Below are positions 10,451-20,664 of a stretch of DNA of 64,000 nucleotides, piece by piece (position 1 is the first letter of the stretch; every line of letters starts with the position of its first letter). This stretch comes from an uncultured Corynebacterium sp. (lineage in GTDB: Bacteria; Actinomycetota; Actinomycetes; Mycobacteriales; Mycobacteriaceae), in the NCBI GenBank assembly GCA_963520895.1, contig CAUQSW010000002.1, positions 13,823 to 77,822 of the forward strand. Direction: 5' to 3'. Under the pieces are notes generated by a model that was not told the DNA's origin, searched no databases, and was given only the letters and a program-made list of their open reading frames with translations. The position numbers and the translations under genes are program-made.

Positions 10451-11878
10451 TTAGTGCAGCTCAAGGCGGCGGGACATGTCGGAGGCAAACACTCCGGTGG
10501 GGTCGATCTGGTTGCGGGTTTTGAGCCACCCTGCCATGCCGGGATACATCTTGTGGAAATTCTCGGCGGTGGTACGGGATTCCTTGGCCAGATACAACCG
10601 GCCCCCAAATTCCATGACTCGACGGTCAAGATCATCCAAGAACTTGCCTAGACCCGGACGAATGGGGAAGTCTACGCAGACGTTCCAGCCGGGCATGGGG
10701 TAGCTCAGCGGTGCCTTATTGCCGGGGCCGAACAGTTTGAACACATTCAACGCGGAATAGTGACCAGAACGCTGAATATCACGAATGATGTCTTTGAACG
10801 GGTCAACGGCTTCGGTGGGAACTACGAACTGATACTGCAAAAAGCCCTTGGAGCCGTAGCCACGGTTCCACTCGCCGATCAAATCGAGCGGCTGGTAGAA
10901 CTGGGTGAGGTTTTGCACCTTATTGCGGTAGGTTCCGGATTTGAGCCACCACAGCTCACCGATGGCCATCATGGATAGCTTGTTCATGGTGAACGAAGGG
11001 AAGATGTCTGGAACAGTTACCAACTGCGGGGCATTGAATTTCAGGGGATCTTTGGCCAGCTTTGGTGCCAGCTCTTCTAGCTGCGCCAAGGTGGCTAAGG
11101 AGCCTCGGGAAATAGCCGCACGACCCAGTTTTGGTTCTGGGGAAATGGCATCAAACCATGCTGAAGAATAGGTGAAGTTGTGTTCGGAGCCATCGGAGTG
11201 GAAGGCCACGGTTTCATCTAAGTTGGCCGTGAGATCACCGTCTGCAATGAAGTAGGCGGTCTCGGTTTTGGTCATCTTGATTTTTGCCCGCAGAATGATG
11301 CCGGTTAGTCCCATGCCGCCAACGGTTGCCCAGAATAGTTCGCCTTCTGGGTCATCGGGGGTTCCTTCCGGTGCCAAGTGCAAAATCCTGCCATCAGCTA
11401 CCAGCAGATCCATGGATACCACGTGGTCGCCAAAGGAGCCAGCGGAGTGGTGGTTTTTTCCGTGAATATCTGGGCCAATGGCACCACCGATGGTTACTTG
11501 CCGAGTACCAGGCAGTACTGGCACCCAGAGACCATAAGGCAGCGCAGCCTTCATGAGCTGATCGAGGGTGACACCACCATCGACATCCACAATTGCGGAC
11601 TCGGGGTCAATGGAGTGAATTTTGTTCACCGGTTGCATGTCGATGACAAGGCCACCAGCATTTTGAGTTGGATCGCCGTAGGACCTCGCCATGCCGCGGG
11701 CGATCACGCCACGCTTGAGGTAGTCCGGTTTGTCGGCATTGTCCTCGGCAACCAGTTGCACAGCACGGACGATCTCTTCCACGTCGGGAGTGGATAGAAC
11801 ATGCGCAGTGGTCGGTGCCGTTCGGCCCCAACCGGTAAGCTGCTGTGTACTGGTGACGAGTGGGGAGTGTTGAGTCAT
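10451..11878 (-). CDS. dprE1: Decaprenylphospho-beta-D-ribofuranose 2-dehydrogenase
   Basis: [39 protein letters not shown]. Confidence 0.96.
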   Translation of the reverse strand: MTQHSPLVTSTQQLTGWGRTAPTTAHVLSTPDVEEIVRAVQLVAEDNADKPDYLKRGVIARGMARSYGDPTQNAGGLVIDMQPVNKIHSIDPESAIVDVDGGVTLDQLMKAALPYGLWVPVLPGTRQVTIGGAIGPDIHGKNHHSAGSFGDHVVSMDLLVADGRILHLAPEGTPDDPEGELFWATVGGMGLTGIILRAKIKMTKTETAYFIADGDLTANLDETVAFHSDGSEHNFTYSSAWFDAISPEPKLGRAAISRGSLATLAQLEELAPKLAKDPLKFNAPQLVTVPDIFPSFTMNKLSMMAIGELWWLKSGTYRNKVQNLTQFYQPLDLIGEWNRGYGSKGFLQYQFVVPTEAVDPFKDIIRDIQRSGHYSALNVFKLFGPGNKAPLSYPMPGWNVCVDFPIRPGLGKFLDDLDRRVMEFGGRLYLAKESRTTAENFHKMYPGMAGWLKTRNQIDPTGVFASDMSRRLELH

Positions 11879-11968
11879 AGATGTATTGCCTTTTCAACGA
11901 AAAACACTATCGACTCAACCCTACCGACCTTTTGGCAAGCGGTATAGCGATTCTGGTCTCATTTTTGC

Positions 11969-12193
11969 TCAAAGGTCCATGAGCTCACGAATTTCCTCAG
12001 GAAGCTCCTCTTGGCTGGTAATAATCTCGCCGTCGTAATTATTGAGGATTTCGTATATTCGCACCCTAGAGGCCGAATCCAATAAAGGTAGCTCTTCTGC
12101 GATGAGCCTTGTCATGTGCTCATTAAGCGGGAGATTGGTGTGCTGTGCGGCGATATAGCCTGCAGCTGGCTTCTTTTTGAAAATCCCAAACAT
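11969..12193 (-). CDS. Small conserved-looking hypothetical protein
   Basis: 74-aa ORF (MFGIFKKK...) upstream of dprE1 with protein-like composition. Confidence 0.6.
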   Translation of the reverse strand: MFGIFKKKPAAGYIAAQHTNLPLNEHMTRLIAEELPLLDSASRVRIYEILNNYDGEIITSQEELPEEIRELMDL

Positions 12194-12669
12194 GCCCCCG
12201 ATCCTAGCACGTGCTTGCTTGACGACGCCCACCGCTAAAGCCGCTTTTACCTGCGCTTATGCTTAAGGTTGCTGGATTTTTAGTTTCCATGATCGGTTTT
12301 TGGCCACCGAGTTCCCGAATATCGGGTTTTTGGAGATACTGTTGCCGATTTCACAAAAATTTCTTTCCGAGATTTTGGGCATAGAAAACTGCGGTCACGG
12401 GTGGCGCTTTTCGGTGGCGAGCTAGTGCGCGGCCTTTGGTTCTGGGTTTATTGGTAATGCGTATATGAAGCGGCAAATATATGCCTAGACTTGGTAAATG
12501 GAGAAATCTGAGATGCTGGTTAAGGAAGCCGTTTTCCGCCTTGAGGCGGAACAGCGGGATACAGTGTAGTGGTGCCGGTGGGGTTATGTGGTTGTGGAAA
12601 TCTCATGTTCTTAGGGTTTTTCTTAAGTTCGGTCTGCAATTTTCGCCATTCCTCGCTACGCTGGGGGCT

Positions 12670-13476
12670 ATGACCACTTCGATGCGAGTTAAAACAGCGG
12701 AGAGCACCCTTATCCTCCGTGCTCATATCGTTTCAGCTGATCGGGAAATTGTTAGGCAGATCGGCGTTAATAACGCATTAAGCTTTGAGGAGTTTCACAG
12801 GATTCTCAACGTTTGCTTTGATTTCTCCGACGGCGTGTTGAACTATTCTCAGAAACAACAGGAGGTCATCGACGACCATGACCTGTTGGCAGATCACCTA
12901 CGTAAAACCGGCGATCAGATCAGCCACTTCGTCGGGCTATGGTGCATCGAGGTAGAGTTAATAGAGGCCATCATGCGAGATCAAGGCACCCCGCATGCTC
13001 TGTGCATTGGTGGTTACGGGCAGCTCCATGGCGCGTTCGACATGACCGCCATTAATGCTCAATTGACCGGCGATGAAGCTATTGAACAGCTCATGACCAC
13101 GGTCAAACCGGAGGTGTCGTCGATAATCAAGCGTTCTGGGATTTTAGATTTTATTCCGCTGCTGCAAGCTATTGATTTCTCGCGCCATTCGGAATTGGAA
13201 TCCGACGCGGCCATGATTTGTGCGGTGTTGCCGGTGGAGGAGGATCCGAAAAAACGGGATGCCTTTTGGGCCACGGTGTTGTCGTTAAGTTGTATGTGTG
13301 ACTCGGAACTCACCGACCATATAATTGAAAGCGTGACCCATGCCATTGGCTGGGAAGAGAACGCGGGTGAAGTGCGAGAACTATGCGCACAGTCCTTAAA
13401 GCAGCTTGATCGGATTGGTGGTCTTGGTAGCCCCGTGGATCGGCTAGATATTTACCGGGAGCTACTGCGCCTGTAA
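12670..13476 (+). CDS. Hypothetical protein, possibly pRiA4b ORF-3-like N-terminal domain
   Basis: IVRQIGV..LSFEEFHRILNVCF resembles that family; start placed at ATG 12670. Confidence 0.6.
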   Translation: MTTSMRVKTAESTLILRAHIVSADREIVRQIGVNNALSFEEFHRILNVCFDFSDGVLNYSQKQQEVIDDHDLLADHLRKTGDQISHFVGLWCIEVELIEAIMRDQGTPHALCIGGYGQLHGAFDMTAINAQLTGDEAIEQLMTTVKPEVSSIIKRSGILDFIPLLQAIDFSRHSELESDAAMICAVLPVEEDPKKRDAFWATVLSLSCMCDSELTDHIIESVTHAIGWEENAGEVRELCAQSLKQLDRIGGLGSPVDRLDIYRELLRL

Positions 13477-13487
13477 GTTTTTAACCT

Positions 13488-13895
13488 ATGGCTCAAACTT
13501 CCCTCAAAACCCAATTAGGACGATTTATTGCTGTGGGCGTGGTCTCGGCAATCATTGACCTGGGGTTAACCCTCATCTTGGATTATTTCCTTGGTGTCCC
13601 TAGGGCTTGGGCGAAAGCCCTAGGCTGGGTAGCTGGCACCATTACTGCCTATATTTTGAACTCCAAATGGACGTTTAATTCCACCACCTCAGCAAAATCC
13701 ACAATCGCTGTCGCGGTGCTGTACCTTTCCACCTTTGCCGTGCAAAATGTCTTGTACTGGGCGATGGAAACCCCACTGGAAGCTATCGGACTACCAGAAA
13801 AACCCGTGGATATTATTTCCTTCGTTATTGCTCAAGGCGTGGCAACCATAACGAATTTCATTATCCAACGGGTAGTTATTTTCAAAGCCGCTTAA
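13488..13895 (+). CDS. GtrA-family membrane protein (Rv3789-like)
   Basis: Four TM helices, RFIAVG..AIID, AYILNSKWTF, NFIIQR; arabinogalactan-locus context. Confidence 0.88.
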   Translation: MAQTSLKTQLGRFIAVGVVSAIIDLGLTLILDYFLGVPRAWAKALGWVAGTITAYILNSKWTFNSTTSAKSTIAVAVLYLSTFAVQNVLYWAMETPLEAIGLPEKPVDIISFVIAQGVATITNFIIQRVVIFKAA

Positions 13896-13908
13896 GGTTC
13901 ACAACCGC

Positions 13909-14817
13909 CTAAGGCCGATAGAACTGTTCTTTACGCCCCAACCGGTGCAGCTTAAACCACTCCATAAAACCTTTGGGGTCTTTTTGCTGCACCAAGAAAA
14001 ACCAACCAAACCGGGCGTATTCCTGCGGCAATAACCGCCGCATGCCGGGCTGATTCATGAGGTAACCGCGGTTGCGGTACGTGAAAAATCGTTTCCCGGC
14101 ATTATCGGGATACTGGGTGTGCATTTTCCCACCCAAGATGGGCTTGAACTCATCCGAGCCATCTGGATGTAAGTAGGCGGTTTTTAAACAGGTGCCAAAC
14201 GGCAGGCCGGAACGCACCAACCGGCGGTGATACTCCACCTCGTCACCCCGGATAAACAACCGAAAATCTGGCACCCCAATAACTTCTAAGGCATGGGCGG
14301 AAATCAATGCGCCATTAAATAACGAGGCAATACCAGCTAAGAACTCACCGGCTGGTTCTAATTCACTGCGCAGTCTGCGCCACTCTAGACCACGTCGCAG
14401 TGGGAAAGCCAAGCGGTCGGGATCATCTAGATTCACCACGACGGGGGATACTTCTTCGAGTTGGTATTTCACGGCGCAGTCCTGCAATGTGGCCAGCACT
14501 GAGGTGTTTTCTGGGCGACCATCATCGTCAGCACACCACACGGCATCAGCACCTAGGGATAATGCGGTTAAAAACCCCAAAGCGAATCCGCCGGCGCCGC
14601 CTAGGTTGCGGGCGCTGGGTAGATACACCCCGTTATCTAAGGCGGTAACCATGGCTTCGACTTCTGGCTCGCAGCCATTATCCACCACGATCACCCAGGA
14701 TACTGGGCGATTTTGGTTCGCAACCACGGCAAGGGATTGCTGGAGTAAGGCAGCGCGGTTATGAGTGACAATGACAGCTGCGACTTTATCGCTAACAGAA
14801 AGGGGCATGTCAGCCAT
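13909..14817 (-). CDS. glfT1: Galactofuranosyltransferase GlfT1 (GT2)
   Basis: AVIVTHNR, NLGGAGGF, WCADDDG, FIRGDEVEYHRRL. Confidence 0.92.
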   Translation of the reverse strand: MADMPLSVSDKVAAVIVTHNRAALLQQSLAVVANQNRPVSWVIVVDNGCEPEVEAMVTALDNGVYLPSARNLGGAGGFALGFLTALSLGADAVWCADDDGRPENTSVLATLQDCAVKYQLEEVSPVVVNLDDPDRLAFPLRRGLEWRRLRSELEPAGEFLAGIASLFNGALISAHALEVIGVPDFRLFIRGDEVEYHRRLVRSGLPFGTCLKTAYLHPDGSDEFKPILGGKMHTQYPDNAGKRFFTYRNRGYLMNQPGMRRLLPQEYARFGWFFLVQQKDPKGFMEWFKLHRLGRKEQFYRP

Positions 14818-17420
14818 TATCGCACTAATGGGTTGGCAACGTCGAAGTATTTGTCCCCTTGATGAGGGTCAAGGGACATGGCAATAAACGCCTTTTGTTT
14901 CCACCGAGGTGCCAATAATGCCGCTCTATCTTCGGGCGGTGGTTGATGTGTGGCGATCAGTTCGTCGACAAGCGAGCGCACCAACTGCCAATCCAGCCCA
15001 GGCATGCCCGCGAGATTGCCCAGAAACGTAGCGTAAATGCCTTTGTTGCTAAAGGTTGCGTGATCATCGGTGCGCACAATGCCGCGGCCGAGGTCACAGC
15101 GCTTACTGTAGATGCGCAGCCCGGAGAAATCCCGAAATTTAATACCATCTGGGGTAATCAAGGTGTTTTGCCGGTGTGCTTCGATGGCGATGCCATGCTG
15201 CCACATAGTAGGAAGCACATAACCTAATAGCTCACGGGCGTAGCTTGCGAAATCAAATGGCATACCTGATTCCGCAATTGCGGCGGCCGTGATGGCATCC
15301 GCCTGATGCTCCCGCAACAAGGTGCTTAAATCCCGGGTGCGAACGTGCGCGCAACCGGCCACCTCTTTCACAGCTGGCACCAGCTTTGCCACCTCGGCCG
15401 CAATGGTGGGCGTATTCAGGGCGGAATCCCGCGACATATCACGTTTAGTAGAAGTGAGCACCACCCCAATGGCGGTTTTGATATGCCACCGATTGCCGCT
15501 GCTACCTGGGTGATAACTTAAACCCGTGCGCATAGAAAGTGTGGGAATAACCGGCAACGTAGCACCCAAATCCACCGCCTCGGGATAACCCGGCGCGATC
15601 ACATGCTCCCATTGCCACGGATGTACCGGCACCACCTGCAAGGAGGTATCCGGCACCGGAAATTCCTGTTTGAGTAGTGCATCGAAATCGCCGGTCTCTT
15701 CGATCACCCCGGGTGGAAACCCAATGAGTTTCAGATCCACTGGGCGGAAATTCTCTGGCCCGTAGGCTGCGGAATCCGCGAGGTTGAAGCCTTTACGCAA
15801 TTTCGCCAATGGGTGCACATTATGCCCGGTTACCGCCAGTGAATCCGCCAAAACTCCGTGCAAACTCGGCGGAGCGGCTGCTTGTGGGGTTTCGTAGCCT
15901 AAGGCGTGGTAGTGCTTGTATCGCTTATCGACGCTCTGCTTAACCTGCGCTAGATGTTCCACCGCATTATCAATGTCGGCTTGCTTAGGTGTGATTCCAG
16001 TTGCTTGAAACTCCTCTGATGCTGCGATCCGCTGCCGGACGTGTTCTTTTGCCCATAGGGTATCGGGTTGTTCAGAAGTAGTTTGGGGAATGGGGTTGGG
16101 GATGTGCACGTAATCTTGTTCGGTTACTGCACCGGATAGCCGCATGGCAAATACCCGTTTTTGTGGCAGCAATTGAGGCAGCGGTAGGGGTTCCAGCTCG
16201 GTGGGATCAACATTGGCCGCTGCACACAACCCTAGGAGCAAATTAGTAATCATGGGGTAGAGTAGCTTGTCCCGAGCGTCACCTTGTAGCAGTGCGGTTC
16301 CGGCTAAAAAGCTCCAATCTCGCTGCTGGTGAAATTGTGAGCCGGGTACAATTCGGCACCCGCCGTAATCTCGAACTGTTACGGCATACGGCCAGCCGTC
16401 TTTGAGTTCCAGCACCGTATTTTGGGGATGTGGTTCTAAGGCGAATCCGTAGTCTAATAACCGCAAACAGGGTAGTACTAGAATTTCGGCTAATCGATTG
16501 AGCCACTGCACTGGTTGTTTGGCGTAGTGCCGGATAAACAACTCGCCGGTGAGCGGATTAGTGGCGGTTAATGCTGCCACGGGAATCCCCGTGGGGGCTT
16601 GGCGAATGATGGCACCCAGTTGGCTACTATTTTTTAATTTGATACCCGCTAAATCTTGTGCGACCTTAAACGCCGGTGTGTCATCTACGGTATAAGGTGC
16701 AATGGCTGTACGGGCTAAGAGTTTGGTGGCTTCCTTGGCAATAATCGGCCCGGCAATAGCGGTATCAGAAATCCCTCGGATCGCGCCGGTGAGCTGGAAA
16801 TTTACACTGGTTTTAATATCAATATCTTGATACCGCAGTGTTCGAACGCTCATTAATGGTTCTACGTTGATGGTGGTGCTAAGGAGTCGAATGTCATTAT
16901 CAAGTGTCACCCCGTGTTCTAATTGCCACGGATGAACAGGAATGACTGCACAACCTTGTGGTAGTTCTTCTTTTAGTTGCGTGCGCACAGGTTCTGGGAG
17001 CACGCTAAGAACCGGTTGGCCGGTTTGGGTGGTGAGGTGTTCGGGCACCGCCACAAATTTCAGTGGGATAGTTTCTGATTGCTCTGGTAGGTACTTATAG
17101 CCATCAGGTCCTAGCCCAAGGGTGGTTTTGGCGCAGGGATGTTTGGGGTGACCTTCCCAAATTAACTGCTCCATATTCCCCAGTGTGGTGCGGTTTCGAT
17201 AGCGCCGTGCCACTCCGGCACGGGCGCGCTTAAGACCTGCAACGCTATCGGTTAGTTCTGCCAAAGTGCGGTCAAAATTGGTGGCAGAAACGGTGAGATA
17301 GGGACGAACGAATGTGAGGATTTCACCAGGATCATCGGGAGCGTGTGCAAGAATACTGTTGTCGGTGAGAAGTTTTTCTTCCACTAGTGCGCTAAGGAGA
17401 CGATCCCGAATAGAATTCAT
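14817..17420 (-). CDS. Tandem two-domain IucA/IucC (NRPS-independent) siderophore synthetase, CiuE-like
   Basis: NIS motifs occur twice: EGHPKHP/TGHNVHP, PVHPWQ x2, MSVRT/LSMRT, EPHPQN/EAHRQN, RDYGG/RDFSG. Confidence 0.88.
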   Translation of the reverse strand: MNSIRDRLLSALVEEKLLTDNSILAHAPDDPGEILTFVRPYLTVSATNFDRTLAELTDSVAGLKRARAGVARRYRNRTTLGNMEQLIWEGHPKHPCAKTTLGLGPDGYKYLPEQSETIPLKFVAVPEHLTTQTGQPVLSVLPEPVRTQLKEELPQGCAVIPVHPWQLEHGVTLDNDIRLLSTTINVEPLMSVRTLRYQDIDIKTSVNFQLTGAIRGISDTAIAGPIIAKEATKLLARTAIAPYTVDDTPAFKVAQDLAGIKLKNSSQLGAIIRQAPTGIPVAALTATNPLTGELFIRHYAKQPVQWLNRLAEILVLPCLRLLDYGFALEPHPQNTVLELKDGWPYAVTVRDYGGCRIVPGSQFHQQRDWSFLAGTALLQGDARDKLLYPMITNLLLGLCAAANVDPTELEPLPLPQLLPQKRVFAMRLSGAVTEQDYVHIPNPIPQTTSEQPDTLWAKEHVRQRIAASEEFQATGITPKQADIDNAVEHLAQVKQSVDKRYKHYHALGYETPQAAAPPSLHGVLADSLAVTGHNVHPLAKLRKGFNLADSAAYGPENFRPVDLKLIGFPPGVIEETGDFDALLKQEFPVPDTSLQVVPVHPWQWEHVIAPGYPEAVDLGATLPVIPTLSMRTGLSYHPGSSGNRWHIKTAIGVVLTSTKRDMSRDSALNTPTIAAEVAKLVPAVKEVAGCAHVRTRDLSTLLREHQADAITAAAIAESGMPFDFASYARELLGYVLPTMWQHGIAIEAHRQNTLITPDGIKFRDFSGLRIYSKRCDLGRGIVRTDDHATFSNKGIYATFLGNLAGMPGLDWQLVRSLVDELIATHQPPPEDRAALLAPRWKQKAFIAMSLDPHQGDKYFDVANPLVR

Positions 17421-17435
17421 TACCCTATTATGGCT

Positions 17436-17454
17436 TGAAGTTAGGTGTACCTGT
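17436..17454. promoter_or_regulatory. Probable DtxR operator upstream of the NIS synthetase
   Basis: TGAAGTTAGGTGTACCTGT, about 14/19 to TWAGGTWAGSCTWACCTWA; adjacent to a minus-strand CATAAT lying 6 nt before the ATG. Confidence 0.55.
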
Positions 17455-17705
17455 GGGTGACAAGGCTGGCTCAGGGGTTAGGTGAGTTGGTGGCGGCGTA
17501 TTAATTAGGCTTTATCTGGTTTAACTAGCTCTTGGCTGTTAATTAAGAAATGAGCACAATAAACAAATGGGTACACACAACACTGGCATTTGATTGTCTG
17601 TTGCCCATGAAGTCCGGTGATTTCATCATAGTTAATTCCCTCATTCGGGGTACTGACCTCGTGTAAAGTGCCAAGTGTGTAAAACCCCGGTGGGAAGGTA
17701 GAAAT

Positions 17706-18332
17706 ATGTCAGATTATCGGCCAGTATTATGGCCGCCGTTTAGCCTGCACATCCAAGTGGTGGATCTAGAGCTTATCGCAGTTGATGACAGCCATATCCA
17801 AGCCTTGTCCGCCGTAACCTATGAGGACTTCTATGGGCCGGAGAAACCCGACCATGCGTTTATTTGGCTTGAAGGTACTCCCTTGGAATCAGCGAAGTTC
17901 CGTTGGGCGAACCGGGTAAGTATGTCGCCTATGCAGTGGGCACTGGATTTAGTGGCGCTGCGAGGTGACGAGATAGTGGGTGCCATTGACCTTAGAGCCA
18001 CTAATTTTGCAGACACCCGCAGTGTAGAAACTGGTTCCTTTGTGTTCTACCAGCACCAAGGTCACGGGATCGGCACACTGATGAGGCATGCGGTGGCGGT
18101 GTATGCGTTTGACTACCTCGGGGCTACCGAATTAACCACGGCCTGGGCTAAAACCAATCCAGCCTCAGGCGCGGTGTCGCGCAAACTCGGTTACGAGATC
18201 ACCGGCGAGACCCGCGGACCCGGTGGCATGCTCTGCGACGCCGCCACCTTAACCCCCGCTACTTATCGACGCGATCCTCAGGTCACCGTCACCGGTCATA
18301 CCGCTGAGTTACAGCGGTTGCTGGTTGGGTGA
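17706..18332 (+). CDS. GNAT acyltransferase (RimJ/RimL, Rv0802c-like), copy 1
   Basis: WPPFSL, VETGSF..QGHGIGTLMR, NPASGAVSRKLGY. Confidence 0.85.
   Translation: MSDYRPVLWPPFSLHIQVVDLELIAVDDSHIQALSAVTYEDFYGPEKPDHAFIWLEGTPLESAKFRWANRVSMSPMQWALDLVALRGDEIVGAIDLRATNFADTRSVETGSFVFYQHQGHGIGTLMRHAVAVYAFDYLGATELTTAWAKTNPASGAVSRKLGYEITGETRGPGGMLCDAATLTPATYRRDPQVTVTGHTAELQRLLVG
18312..18332 (+). repeat. 21-bp direct repeat, copy 1
   Basis: CAGCGGTTGCTGGTTGGGTGA, identical at 20639-20659; encodes the last codons of GNAT copy 1. Confidence 0.9.
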
Positions 18333-18336
18333 TGGG

Positions 18337-19038
18337 TTATTCTAGTCCCTTTTCTTGGCGCCATTTTTTGATGTAGTCCTTTTCGGCTATTTTGTAGGCA
18401 TCTGCGAGTTTTTGCTCTGCAGGTGAATGGGTGGCGGGGCGGAGTTCTGTTTCTGGCCAGAACCATAGTTTCAGCTGGAAGGGCAAGGTGTCCCAGGTTC
18501 CTTTGCCAGCTGCAAATTCTCCAGGGGTGATCTGGTTGATATGCATGTTGCGGAACTCGTTTAAGCCCCCAGGAGCGGTAGTAACTTCTGCCCGAACACG
18601 CCATGTACCAGGTGGGATTTTAAGCTCCCGTAACTCAGGGTACCTATCAGAAGGTTCGTCTCCCATACCGCCGCCTAAGGTACCTTCCCATTGGTCGGCA
18701 TCTTTGTGCTTTTCAAAGGAGACGGAAACTTCTGACCAGTGCTCAACATCGGAAAAGTCCGCAGGATCCGGGTGTTCATCGCTCACTGTGACTTGCGTGC
18801 CAATTGTGACAGCGACGAAGGGAATCGCATTGCCTAAATTGATAGCGAGAAAATTATCTAGCGAACGCAATAGGGGAATAGAAGTATAGGAAATCCCGTC
18901 TTCTAGTTCTTGGGCTTGTGGGTATTTGGCGTTGGGGTGATCCCAGTCATCGTCCATCAACCATAGGGGTCGGTAAAAAATAGCCCAGGAAGATGTATCG
19001 TCGCACCCAATAGCACCCACTACTGTCTTTGTTGTCAT
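18337..19038 (-). CDS. Putative nuclease inhibitor/immunity protein, copy 1
   Basis: 233-aa acidic protein without signal peptide; ATGA overlap with the nuclease stop; WSEVS, PPGTWRVRA, LWFWP motifs. Function inferred from position. Confidence 0.6.
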   Translation of the reverse strand: MTTKTVVGAIGCDDTSSWAIFYRPLWLMDDDWDHPNAKYPQAQELEDGISYTSIPLLRSLDNFLAINLGNAIPFVAVTIGTQVTVSDEHPDPADFSDVEHWSEVSVSFEKHKDADQWEGTLGGGMGDEPSDRYPELRELKIPPGTWRVRAEVTTAPGGLNEFRNMHINQITPGEFAAGKGTWDTLPFQLKLWFWPETELRPATHSPAEQKLADAYKIAEKDYIKKWRQEKGLE

Positions 19039-20308
19039 GGTACCACCGTTACTGTGTATTTATCGCCTTGCTGCACTTGCTGGTTGCTATAGAATTGTCT
19101 CAAGTGATACCCCTGCTCTCGGTTTCCTTTTAGGCTGACCCACCGAATACTTGCTCCAGCACCACCTTCCAGCGCAGAGTTGAATGGGTATTCATCGCAT
19201 GAAGGCGAATCCATATTATCTGGCGCTGGCTCCTCTGCTTCAAGTCTCCTTTGGTTCATCGGACTACAAGCGACATTCCGGTTGCCGTCATCTCCGGGAG
19301 TGTTTTTGGTCAAAGTGCTTGGTTTCTTTCGGTGATTGATTGCGTAATCAATATGAGCTGCTACTTCGGGGTAGTCCGTGAGTGAAACAACGTAACTGGC
19401 AGCTATATCTGGATTTACGCAGTTCCTAGTTGCACGACTCCACGCCTGCCCACACCGAACTTTTACTGGGCTGCTCGTATTTACCATGCTGACATGATCC
19501 ATATTGGAATCAAATCGAAAATGAATCTCTTTAGCCGGGTCACCATTGAGAGTTTGGGGAATATTGAGTATGTCTTCGCTGATCGTCACGAATCCTATAG
19601 GTCCAATCAGTTCTGATATTTTCAGTGTGCGTAGATTAAATAACTCATGCCCGTCGGGGTGTATCAACTGAAAAGCTATTTCCTCAAATGCATTAGGAGG
19701 TTTTCCCTTTGATTCGCTAATGTAAGCATATCCTCGGGTAATCGTTGTTGTTCTGTTTGATTCCATGTAGTGGTCAAACCGGAAAATGATTTCTCTTTCC
19801 CAACTCACTGGTCGTTCTCCCGGGCATTGTTTCGGGCATGAACCTATTTGCTTCACCCGAAAAACTGAGCATGCTCTAAAACGATTATTTCTATCGCAAT
19901 CAGGAAGAGGGCGAACATCAGGCCCTGGGGAATCCTCGGCTTCTTGAGCTAACTCAGCCTCCAGTTGTTCTATCTCTGCTGGGTTGTCGATAGATTCGAT
20001 TTCGTGCGTTACCTCGACTTCGGGTGATAAATATTCCTCTAGGGTCAACTGCTCCCCAGCTTCTGGTTCAGTGGGGGGGGCACTGGTGCAGATTCTGGAT
20101 TTGTATCAGGTTCGATCTGGGGATCTTGCTCGGGATTGTTTTCGGTGGGAACCTCAAGGTTGGGATCGGGGTTTTTTGGTATTGATTCAGTAGTTACTTG
20201 AGTATCTTCGGGAAGCATGTGTATCTCAGCTGCCCAAGAACTTTCGCTGGTCGTAAAAGCCAGCATGGTCAAAGTAACTACTGTGGTTATGGTTTTGGCA
20301 AAACGCAT
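19035..20308 (-). pseudogene. Secreted NucA/NucB-family DNase, frameshifted at a C8 tract (possibly phase-off)
   Basis: AAGGAG RBS, signal peptide and Pro/Glu-rich linker in 20045-20308; catalytic NR..AC..SCDEYPF..EGG..N..QG in 19035-20048. One extra C at 20073-20080 joins them into about 424 aa. Confidence 0.8.
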
Positions 20309-20638
20309 GACCACTCCTTTGTTAGATGGATTTGCTACAGTTTTGGCTTAAAAACCATTGCTTAAGCTTGTCTATATGATAAGTGCTAAGAAGTTTCACG
20401 TAAATGGTTATTATGTTAAAACTATTTAATATTTATCTTTCTACTCCTCGGATTGGGGTAACGTCAGTCGTTCCGTGGTGTGCTAAAGGTATTTTTAGCT
20501 GTTCAGGACGATTGTGGCGTTGTGCTTAATGTAGTCAGTATCGTAAAAGTCTAATTAAAAGATAAAAATTGGCTGACTCTATAGTGTTGCTGACTTGCAT
20601 CATAGAGTCGAAGGTGAACAGGGAAGTATATTTATTTT

Positions 20639-20659
20639 CAGCGGTTGCTGGTTGGGTGA
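20639..20659 (+). repeat. 21-bp direct repeat, copy 2
   Basis: Identical to 18312-18332. Confidence 0.9.
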
Positions 20660-20664
20660 CCTCG

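Noticed and set aside
12194..12669. Long intergenic region as a possible ncRNA, or N-terminal extension of ORF 12481
   Set aside because: No recognisable RNA motif or strong structure; the extension is not protein-like.
20045..20314. 89-aa secreted peptide as a separate gene
   Set aside because: Better explained as the N-terminus of the frameshifted nuclease.
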